From: a bacterium
GTDB lineage: Bacteria > AUK180
DNA length: 64,000 bases
Direction: 5' to 3'
Assembly: GCA_023133295.1 (NCBI GenBank)
Contig: JAGLWT010000116.1
Span: 13,218-77,217 of the forward strand
Shown in pieces: positions 56,511-64,000 of this stretch. The notes under the pieces are model-generated. The model was not told where the DNA came from. It saw only the letters and a list, made by a program, of their open reading frames with translations, and ran no database searches. The position numbers were made by a program, and so were the translations under genes. Positions within the stretch are counted from its first letter, which is position 1. Each line of letters opens with the position of its first letter.

Positions 56511-57315
56511 TTCTTTTCTCCGCGTTCACATTCTCGGACATCTCTTTGAGCTTCTTATATACCTTTTGTCTTTCGGCAAATACATATCTGTACTTCCCGT
56601 CTTCTCCAAGAAATAATTCACCCCTTAGGCGGCCGCGCATCGGAGTTTGCGACACCCTCTGCAAAAATATATCCTTCATCCCCTTGGTGAGGCGGAGAAG
56701 TCCTATCCCCAATCTGTCAATATGATCAAAAGCGCTTTCAATTGATCTGAATATCTGAATATACTCTTTTTCCCAGTCATCGTACAGGATCACAGGGTCT
56801 AAAATAACGCCGATCCTATAGCCCTTTTGCTGAAATTTCTTCAAAGCGGAAATACGCTGATCGACCGGTGATGTGCCTTTCTCAAGATAATGTGAGATCG
56901 CGTATCCTGAAATCGTAGAGGTAAAGACAATATTTTCCGGGGGGCTGAATTTTAATAATTCAAGAACACCGCCGCTTTTAAACCGTATCTCAAAGGTCTT
57001 CTGCGGAAAGCGGGAAAGGATCTTGAATACTGCTGAGATATCGTCCTTCAAAAGAGGCAGCATGCTTCCGTCGCATGTAACCGTGAGATTGAATTCGTCG
57101 CCGCTGCTTTCTTGAAGCTCTTTTTCCAGATCCATGGGGTTTGAAAATATGACAATAAGGTCTGCATTGAGATAGTCATCCAGAAAGCAGTAAGCACAAT
57201 GCGAGGAGCATCCCTCGATCAGGTCGATCTGATATCTGCAGCCCGGAGGATATTCCGGATGAGAAGTGAAATCCTTTATGAATCTCCCTTTATTTTCTCT
57301 GGTGTTCTGCTTCAT
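56464..57315 (-). CDS. Radical SAM protein, SplB/DNA-photolyase-like family
   Basis: CSSHCAYC fits CxxxCx(Y)C, the 4Fe-4S radical-SAM cluster motif. At about 283 aa with a downstream GYRIGVILDP, it resembles COG1533-type enzymes. Confidence 0.45.
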   Translation of the reverse strand: MKQNTRENKGRFIKDFTSHPEYPPGCRYQIDLIEGCSSHCAYCFLDDYLNADLIVIFSNPMDLEKELQESSGDEFNLTVTCDGSMLPLLKDDISAVFKILSRFPQKTFEIRFKSGGVLELLKFSPPENIVFTSTISGYAISHYLEKGTSPVDQRISALKKFQQKGYRIGVILDPVILYDDWEKEYIQIFRSIESAFDHIDRLGIGLLRLTKGMKDIFLQRVSQTPMRGRLRGELFLGEDGKYRYVFAERQKVYKKLKEMSENVNAEKRIVFMENPDAGKEFLP

Positions 57316-57329
57316 AAATCCGCTGACAA

Positions 57330-57760
57330 TTGTTCGCGAGGGTTCGCGTGTAACGTATGACGTGTAACGTGTGAGGTGGAAATGAAAACAATATCCACAT
57401 CCGTAACCGAATATAGATATGGGACATGTCGTACGCCACCGGCGTTCGTCTGTCCCGATGTAAAAGTACCAAGCAAAGAGTTGACAGGAAGCGGAGCGTG
57501 TAAACTCTTTGCCTCGCTAGAACCACCTGGAAACAGTATCCGCATATGTTTTTCCGTTATTTCCGCTTTCGCGGGAATGACAGAGGAAATGGATTCTTCG
57601 GTCGCTACCGCTTTTTCAGAATGACAAATATAATGCTTCTCAGCTTCACAATTATTCATTCTTTTTTCCTATTCATTGTATTTTCCCACTTTACACTTCA
57701 CACTTGCTTTTGTATTTATTCCCCTCTGCACTAACCTCCAACCTCCAACCTCATATTTAT
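57330..57760. repeat. Repeat-rich intergenic island ('cgtgtaacgt' tandem, reverse-complement copy of the 'gtcattcccgcgaaagcgg' module, 'cctccaacctccaacctc' tandem)
   Basis: About 57565-57592, 'cgctttcgcgggaatgacagaggaaatgg', is the reverse complement of the 52097-52124 module type. Short tandem motifs lie at 57340-57380 and 57730-57750. The track ORFs here are probably spurious. Confidence 0.5.
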
Positions 57761-58027
57761 GGAGCTGCTCGCTAGTGTCCTGTCTCGTAAATACAATGGC
57801 AATGGAATGTTTAGATTTGAGGCAATTCCAACGAACAAGGAGCGTTGCGTACCCTTTGTGGTCCGTAAGCGAAGAGAGAGGAAGAAATTGACCAAAGATG
57901 ATATTCCCTTCGGGCTGAAGCTCTTTTTCGGTCTTTTCATACCGCAGTGGGTATTCGGAGTTCACTGCGCCTCTCATGCTGAATATAATAGCTTCAGCCA
58001 TTGTAAATGTATTTACGAGACAGTACA

Positions 58028-60685
58028 CTATTGAATACTCTCAAGATTCTCTTCGATCCTCTTTATAAGCTCCTGATTCGCCCTTAATGTCTCGCGAACA
58101 CCTTCTACAACTGATTTCGGAGCTTTGTTAATAAAATTTTCATTAGACAATTTATTTTCACTCATGGAGATGAACTTATCCACCTCGGCTCTCTGGGCTT
58201 TCAGCCGGGATCTTTCCTTTTCAATATCAATGAGCCCTTGAGCCGGAATATACGATGTAATGCCTTCTGTGATCACATTTATACTGCCGCCGGGTTTCTC
58301 TGTCATTGTAAAATCCAAGGCGGATGCTTTAACAAATGTTGTCAGCTCCTCATTCATTTGGAGCATCAATTTCTTTATCTTTTCATCCGCTTGCAAGATA
58401 ACCTTTAATTCCGATGACGGCTTGATATTGAACTCCTTTCTTGATCTTCTTACCGCTGTGATCCATTCGAGGATTGAAGCCATCAGTTCCTCTCCGGAGA
58501 TATCGATATCGTCCTTTTTAGGCATAAAGACGGGTTCGTCCATTATCCCGGTGTCCGTGCGGAAATTTTTCGGAAGATAGTCATATAGAACTTCACTGAG
58601 AACAGGCATTGCCGGATTAAGATATATCAGAAATCGCTTTGCGATATACAGTAGATTCTGCAGAGTTTCCTTTTTATCCAGATTCTTTTTGCTTGCCTCT
58701 ATATACCAATCGCAGAACTCATCCCAGAAGAAGTGATAAAGCGTATCCGCATATTCAGAAAAATTGTATTCGTCGAGAGCGGCCTTCATCTTCGCGGCTG
58801 CTTGGGAGAATCGTGAATATATCCACTTGTCAAATGGAGTTCTTTGATTGAATTCATCGACATACTCAACGCTTTCATCGATATTCATCAAGATAAAACG
58901 CATGGCGTTCCATATTTTATTGGAAAAATTTCTACCCATTTGAAATTTATTCTCCGACAAAGAGATATCCTGGCCGAATGTTGTGAGAGATATCAATGAA
59001 AAACGAACCGCGTCTGCGCCGTATTTATCCGCCATCTCGATCGGATCGATCCCATTGCCCAATGATTTAGACATCTTTCTTCCTATCTCATCAAGTATGG
59101 TGCCGTGAATATAAACATCAAAAAACGGTTTCTTGTCCATGAATTTCAGGCCCATCATTATCATTCTCGCGACCCAGTTAAAAATGATGCCCCGATCCGT
59201 TATCAATACCGAGGTAGGATAATATTCGCTGAGGAGTTCTGTTTTCTCCGGCCAGCCCATTGTTGAGAACGGCCACAATGCGGATGAGAACCAGGTGTCA
59301 AGAACATCTTCGTCCTGATGGATATCGGAGGATCCGCATTTCGGGCATTCTTGCGGAACTTCCTTGGAAACCCATTTTTCATCGCATTCATCGCAGTAGA
59401 AAACCGGGATCCTGTGTCCCCACCAGAGTTGCCTTGATATACACCAGTCCCTGATATTCCGCATCCAATTCAAGTAATATTTTTTCCATTTCTCGGGATA
59501 GAAGGTTATCGAGCCGTCCTCCACGGCCTTGATCGCGGGCTGCGCCAGGCTTCTCATGGACACGAACCATTGATTTGACACCAAGGGCTCTAAAATAGTA
59601 TCACAGCGGTAACATGTCGAAACAGAATGTACATGCTCTTCTGTTCTTACAAGATAGCCCTTTTCCTTCAGGAGTTTAACTATCACCGTCCTTGCGTTAT
59701 CGCGGTCAAGATTCTCAAAGTCCGGAGGTATATCTCCGGTCATCATACCTTCTTCATCAATGACCTTGACAAATTCAAGCGCATGTCTTTTTCCCATTTC
59801 ATAATCATTGGGGTCGTGATAAGGCGTGACCTTGACAGCGCCTGTGCCGAATTCCATCTCAACTGCAGAATCGCCTATTATCGGTATCTCCTTGTCCTGT
59901 ATCGGCAGGATCAGTGTTTCACCGATCAGGAATTTATATCTTTCGTCTTCGGGGTTCACTGCAACCGCGGTATCGCCAAGCATTGTTTCCGGACGAGTTG
60001 TGGCAACCGTCAGATGTGTCAGGCCTTTGATCTCCTTTTTTAACGGATATTGAATATACCAGAGATTGCCATTGCGCTCCATATGCTCCACTTCCGTATC
60101 CGCCAATGCCGTTTGACATCTTGGGCACCAATTGATTATATAATTTCCTTTATAAATGAGGCCTTCCTCAAAAAGCGTTTCAAAAACCTTATATACCGCA
60201 TGGGACAAACCCTCATCAAGAGTGAATCTTTCCTTTGACCAGTCGGGGAGAACGAGTATTCTTCTCAATTGCTTCATAATAATATCGCCCGATTCCTCTT
60301 TCCATTTCCAGATCTCTTTGACAAAATCTTCCCTTCCGATGTCCCATCTTGTCTTTCCCTCTTCCTTTGCCAATTTCTTCTCGACAACCGTATGGGTGGC
60401 AATGCCGGCATGATCCATGCCCGGGATCCAGAGCGAGTTCTCTGACAGATGACGGTGGTATCTGATGAGTATATCCTGAAGCGTATTATTCAGCGCATGA
60501 CCGATGTGCAGCATACCGGTGACATTCGGCGGCGGCATTACGATAGAATAATTCCCGTTCTTCGCTGTACCTTTGACCTTGAAGGCCTCTGTTTTTTGCC
60601 AGTTCTCATAAATTCTCCGCTCATGCTCTTTTGGTATATAGTGTTTCTCTAATTCCATAACTACCTCACATATTTTCCGGGGCAT
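58028..60685 (-). CDS. valS: Valine--tRNA ligase
   Basis: PPPNVTGMLHIGHALNNTLQD (HIGH motif), KMSKSLGN (KMSKS motif), the editing-domain region and the C-terminal coiled coil are typical of ValS at 885 aa. Confidence 0.95.
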   Translation of the reverse strand: MPRKICEVVMELEKHYIPKEHERRIYENWQKTEAFKVKGTAKNGNYSIVMPPPNVTGMLHIGHALNNTLQDILIRYHRHLSENSLWIPGMDHAGIATHTVVEKKLAKEEGKTRWDIGREDFVKEIWKWKEESGDIIMKQLRRILVLPDWSKERFTLDEGLSHAVYKVFETLFEEGLIYKGNYIINWCPRCQTALADTEVEHMERNGNLWYIQYPLKKEIKGLTHLTVATTRPETMLGDTAVAVNPEDERYKFLIGETLILPIQDKEIPIIGDSAVEMEFGTGAVKVTPYHDPNDYEMGKRHALEFVKVIDEEGMMTGDIPPDFENLDRDNARTVIVKLLKEKGYLVRTEEHVHSVSTCYRCDTILEPLVSNQWFVSMRSLAQPAIKAVEDGSITFYPEKWKKYYLNWMRNIRDWCISRQLWWGHRIPVFYCDECDEKWVSKEVPQECPKCGSSDIHQDEDVLDTWFSSALWPFSTMGWPEKTELLSEYYPTSVLITDRGIIFNWVARMIMMGLKFMDKKPFFDVYIHGTILDEIGRKMSKSLGNGIDPIEMADKYGADAVRFSLISLTTFGQDISLSENKFQMGRNFSNKIWNAMRFILMNIDESVEYVDEFNQRTPFDKWIYSRFSQAAAKMKAALDEYNFSEYADTLYHFFWDEFCDWYIEASKKNLDKKETLQNLLYIAKRFLIYLNPAMPVLSEVLYDYLPKNFRTDTGIMDEPVFMPKKDDIDISGEELMASILEWITAVRRSRKEFNIKPSSELKVILQADEKIKKLMLQMNEELTTFVKASALDFTMTEKPGGSINVITEGITSYIPAQGLIDIEKERSRLKAQRAEVDKFISMSENKLSNENFINKAPKSVVEGVRETLRANQELIKRIEENLESIQ

Positions 60686-62252
60686 TGAACCCGATCATAT
60701 TAAGAATATCTTTGACCATCGTACCCAGAGCGGAGACGAATTTTAAATATTCTGCCTCTTCATCCGAACCGATGATCTTGCTTTCGTGATAAAAACGGTG
60801 AAACTCCGTGGCAAGGGCATTCAGATAAGTGATCACCATCGCAGGCTCCCTTTTTAAGAGCGCTTCTTTCATCGCGTTTTCAAAAAGGAATATCGAATAC
60901 AGGAGTTTTTTCTCGGCATCAAGCACTTTACTGATCCCGTCTTTGTCCGGGCGGCCCGCCTTTTCCAAGATGCTGTTGATACGAGCAAACATATATTGAA
61001 CATAGAATACCGGTGATTTTTCCCCTTCTTTCTCAAAACGGTCCAATGAAAAATCCACATGCTGATTAGCGCCCTTGGAAAGGAAGAAATACTTGGCGGC
61101 ATCCGCGCCGACGCTATCTACTATGTCATTTAACTGAATATAATTGCCGCTTCTTTTGGACATCACCAGTTTTTCTCCATCCTTGATAAGATTGACCTGC
61201 TGAAGAATAATGATCTCCAGAAAATCCTCGGGAATATCGAAGGCGGTGAGGGCAAGTTGAAGCCGGCGAACACCGCCGTGATGGTCCGGGCCCCAGATAT
61301 TTATCGCCTTATCGAATCCCCTCTCGAATTTATTGATATGATACATAATGTCTCCGAAAAGGTATGTGTATTCGCCGTTGGATTTTTTCAACACCCAGTC
61401 CTGAGAATCTCCCAAAGCGGTATTTTTAATAAAGAGAGCGCCGTCCTTTTCATATGAAAGGGATTTTTCCTTCAATATCGATAATACGCGATCGGCTAAT
61501 TGGGCATTCTCATATAAAGAAGATTCGGAGAACCACACATCGAAAGAGAGGTCTATTCTCTCCAGTATCTTCTTGTTCAATGCTACCGTATGGCCGATAG
61601 CAGCATCTTTTAAAAAGGCCTTGGGGTCGGACGCGGACCGTATCTCTTCGCTGAAATGCTCCGCAAGCTCACGGACATAGGCATTATTGTATTCATTTTC
61701 CTCAAAGTTCACCGTTTGTTTCTCGAATTTCTCCAGATACGCCTTATAAATAGAATTTGTGAAGATATTTATCTGATTACCGGCATCGTTGATATAGTAT
61801 TCTTTTGTAACTTCCCAACCTGCATATTCAAAAAGGTACGACAATGCCCTGCCAAAAGCGGCGGCACGGCCGGATACCACATTCAGCGGCCCGGTGGGAT
61901 TGGCGGAGATGAATTCGATATTGACTTTTTTACCGTTCTTGCTGCGGCAAATGGAAGAAAAATCATTGAAATGTTGAAGGTAGACATTTTCTGAAAGGGT
62001 GATATTCAGAAATCCGGGCTTTACGGCTTCCAGGCGGATAATTCCATCCGCCTCTATGGATGTAAGCTCCTCGGCGATCTCCAATGGAGATCTTTTCAGT
62101 TCGCGGGAGAGCTGCAGGGGAAGCGATGTGTAGAATTCAACGCCCTCGATCGTTCCCTTTTGTATTACGGGATCGACCGTGAGAGAATATTTATCTTTGA
62201 AATGATTTTTTATCCGCTGTGAAAGGCCTTTAAGAATATCTCTATCTGACAT
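60666..62252 (-). CDS. argS: Arginine--tRNA ligase
   Basis: FISANPTGPLNVVSGRAAAFGRAL (class I HIGH-region variant of ArgS) and the C-terminal DALR-type anticodon-binding region. Confidence 0.9.
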   Translation of the reverse strand: MSDRDILKGLSQRIKNHFKDKYSLTVDPVIQKGTIEGVEFYTSLPLQLSRELKRSPLEIAEELTSIEADGIIRLEAVKPGFLNITLSENVYLQHFNDFSSICRSKNGKKVNIEFISANPTGPLNVVSGRAAAFGRALSYLFEYAGWEVTKEYYINDAGNQINIFTNSIYKAYLEKFEKQTVNFEENEYNNAYVRELAEHFSEEIRSASDPKAFLKDAAIGHTVALNKKILERIDLSFDVWFSESSLYENAQLADRVLSILKEKSLSYEKDGALFIKNTALGDSQDWVLKKSNGEYTYLFGDIMYHINKFERGFDKAINIWGPDHHGGVRRLQLALTAFDIPEDFLEIIILQQVNLIKDGEKLVMSKRSGNYIQLNDIVDSVGADAAKYFFLSKGANQHVDFSLDRFEKEGEKSPVFYVQYMFARINSILEKAGRPDKDGISKVLDAEKKLLYSIFLFENAMKEALLKREPAMVITYLNALATEFHRFYHESKIIGSDEEAEYLKFVSALGTMVKDILNMIGFNAPENM

Positions 62253-62631
62253 AGGTCTTTCCTTTTGATGTGCAGTAGAATCTGTAAAGCTGTTCCATGA
62301 ACATCAGCACCGTCAGCTCGGATGTCATTGTCAACGGTGACAGTGAGATCATTTTCTTCGACGGAATATCTTCTTTAAACCCGGAAGGCGGGCCGATAAG
62401 AAAACCTACGGGCGCGCCCTTGCTGCCTTTTACAAATAATGAAGAAAGTTCTTCCGGGCCGATAGCCCTTCCCCTTTCCGAAAGTATGTAGTCGGTATCA
62501 CCGGCGGTTTTATGATTTTCACGGAGATTCACCTGCCAGCCCTTGGTATTGATCCTTTTCAGGTATTCATTGACGCCCTGACGGATAAAATCATTCTTTA
62601 TTTTACCCATATAACGGATATCAATCCTCAA
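62242..62631 (-). CDS. rlmH: 23S rRNA (pseudouridine1915-N3)-methyltransferase RlmH (SPOUT family)
   Basis: [25 protein letters not shown] matches E. coli RlmH [38 protein letters not shown]...[24 protein letters not shown] matches LLIGGPEGL...[24 protein letters not shown]. Confidence 0.8.
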   Translation of the reverse strand: [129 protein letters not shown]

Positions 62632-62959
62632 AACTTATCCTTTTTCCACTCCCCCAGATACGCTCCAGGTCATAATACTCCCTTTTTTCGGCAGAAAAAC
62701 AGTGAACAATTATGTCATTATAATCAATGATTATCCAGCCGGATGCGGGGTCACCCTCCATGCTGAGGGGAAGCTCATCCTCTTCATGTTTCATATCATA
62801 CTTCACCTCTTCCTTCAATTGTTTAAGATGAGGAGTGGACATTGCTCCGGTAATGATGAAGTAATTTGCAAATGTAGCCATTTCGCTGATGTCAATGATT
62901 ACAGTATTCTGGCCGTTCTTGGCCTCGAGCAAACGATAAAGTTTTTCAAGTCTTTCCAT
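62621..62959 (-). CDS. rsfS: Ribosome silencing factor RsfS (Iojap family)
   Basis: DYFIITGAMSTPHLKQL...GWIIIDYNDIIVHCFSAEKREYYDLERIW matches the DUF143/RsfS consensus (gWvllDygdvvvHvf..e.ReyYdLE.lW). Sits upstream of rlmH as in many bacteria. Confidence 0.85.
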   Translation of the reverse strand: MERLEKLYRLLEAKNGQNTVIIDISEMATFANYFIITGAMSTPHLKQLKEEVKYDMKHEEDELPLSMEGDPASGWIIIDYNDIIVHCFSAEKREYYDLERIWGSGKRISFED

Positions 62960-63959
62960 GTTTTAGTATTTCTTCTCCGGCGATCGAGATCTTTTCAAGC
63001 ATGCTGTAAAGTATTCCCGTCCCCAATGTAACAGTAGGCAGAATAATCTCTTCTTCAACTATACTGCCGCAGGAAAATGTAAAAAGGCCCATATCAAAAG
63101 TGGGCGTGCCGGAGGCATTTATCAATGAGCCGTCCAGAGGAAGCCCTGTTTCAATAGGCAATAATGTGATCTTCTCCATTTTCGCAATATCATTTACGGT
63201 ACTCTCAAAGAATTCTCTCAATATTCCACCCATTGGATTGGCTCTCGGGCCGATCCGCTGTACTATATTAAAATCCGCACCAGTGGATTTCAGGTAATTT
63301 TTTAACTTTTTAATAAGAAATGAAGGTTCTAATTTCGGAGAGGAAAATAGAAGATCGCCAAAGGCCATTTTCGGAATAATGCCCTTCCGACCCTGATGAA
63401 TGAGTTTTTTTATCATTACATGCCAGTCCGTTGTACTTTTTTCTATTTCATAAAGCATTTTACACAACTCGAAATACGGGTCCTTTCTTCCTGAGTTCTT
63501 ATACACGCGCAAATGCACATATGACAAGGGTTTGATGCCCATTCTGTTAACCGAGTGCTGATTCATGGTAAGGCATATGTCAAAGGTCCTGTTCTTCAGG
63601 AAATAATGCAGCCCTTCATTGTTGGAATTCTGTCCCCGGTGAAATAGAAAAGTGATCTTCAGGCCTTTTAAAAGTTTTTCTTTTTCTATCACCGAAAGAA
63701 ATTTGATCAGTATAACAAGGCGAATATCATCAATAATACCGATACCAAATAAATTCTTTTTATATATCTTGATCCTTCGGTCGATTGAGGCGAAAATGCC
63801 ATCATCGAGTCCGGCGGCAATGCATATATGCAGCGGGCCCGAGCCCAATGTACAGGTAATGTTGCCTACCTCATCTTTATTAGCGGAAGCAGGAAGACGA
63901 TGAATAATAAAATTCTCTCTTTGTTCGGTGTCCATCATCGAGCCGTTAAACGAGGTCAA
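62946..63959 (-). CDS. Hypothetical protein (337 aa, family not recognised)
   Basis: A long ORF in operon position upstream of rsfS. No motif I can assign with confidence. Starts about 40 nt from the window end. Confidence 0.3.
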   Translation of the reverse strand: MTSFNGSMMDTEQRENFIIHRLPASANKDEVGNITCTLGSGPLHICIAAGLDDGIFASIDRRIKIYKKNLFGIGIIDDIRLVILIKFLSVIEKEKLLKGLKITFLFHRGQNSNNEGLHYFLKNRTFDICLTMNQHSVNRMGIKPLSYVHLRVYKNSGRKDPYFELCKMLYEIEKSTTDWHVMIKKLIHQGRKGIIPKMAFGDLLFSSPKLEPSFLIKKLKNYLKSTGADFNIVQRIGPRANPMGGILREFFESTVNDIAKMEKITLLPIETGLPLDGSLINASGTPTFDMGLFTFSCGSIVEEEIILPTVTLGTGILYSMLEKISIAGEEILKHGKT

Positions 63960-64000
63960 TTTATAAAAATCATCGATTATCTCGCTATTTCTTTCTTTAA

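Noticed and set aside
57312-58034. Multiple small ORFs on both strands between the radical-SAM gene and valS
   Set aside because: The region is dominated by tandem and palindromic repeats. The ORFs overlap one another in several frames and lack start contexts, so they are more likely non-coding.
62946-63959. NadD (nicotinate-nucleotide adenylyltransferase), expected upstream of rsfS by synteny
   Set aside because: The 337-aa protein lacks the (H/T)xGH nucleotidyltransferase motif and is much longer than NadD, so it is left as hypothetical.

Overview
This 64 kb window appears to be a low-to-moderate GC contig from an uncultivated Gram-negative bacterium whose secreted proteins carry T9SS-type C-terminal sorting domains (FCB-superphylum-like). 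No rRNA, CRISPR array, transposase, integrase or phage gene was seen. Coding density is high and mostly on the minus strand.

Contents, left to right:
1. 0.8-3.5 kb: an LVIVD-repeat surface protein with a T9SS C-terminal domain, split by a single in-frame TGA.
2. 3.9-8.4 kb: two tandem bactofilins followed by a TPR/carbohydrate-binding-module protein, a divergently transcribed 685-aa coiled-coil protein, and a PilZ protein.
3. 10.3-13.8 kb: a glycolytic gap-pgk-tpiA-secG operon followed by tRNA-Leu(GAG).
4. 13.8-18.0 kb: a large T9SS cargo protein with a FadL/PorV-like outer-membrane (OM) beta-barrel partner.
5. 18-37 kb: a large glycan-modification locus. It contains:
- a Glf-like FAD enzyme;
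- three AT-rich multi-TM GT-C-like paralogs that share an unrecognised C-terminal domain, plus two decayed fragments of such genes;
- two SGNH hydrolases;
- a zinc-ribbon SAM methyltransferase;
- two recently duplicated NodU/CmcH carbamoyltransferases;
- a GT2 Dpm1-like synthase;
- a Wzy_C+TPR protein.
6. 37-51.6 kb: the most unusual region. A tightly coupled minus-strand operon encodes:
- a DUF3006-like protein;
- two giant lamin-tail-domain (LTD) T9SS cargo proteins, one followed by a FadL-like OM barrel;
- a FadL-like barrel fused to two ComEA-type HhH DNA-binding domains;
- a 663-aa signal-peptide protein with an N-terminal HhH and a large beta-rich domain;
- a 49-aa TM protein missed by the ORF track;
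- a ComEC/Rec2 channel with a degenerate metallo-beta-lactamase domain.
I read this as a candidate non-canonical extracellular-DNA capture and import system.
7. 52.5-64 kb: a fourth GT-C protein, murJ, a radical-SAM protein, valS, argS, rlmH, rsfS and a hypothetical protein.

A mosaic family of short interspersed repeats, including 'gtcattcc...gggaatgac'-type palindromes, fills nearly every large intergenic region.

Functional calls come from motif recognition by eye, not from database searches, and hand-derived coordinates may be off by 1-2 nt.
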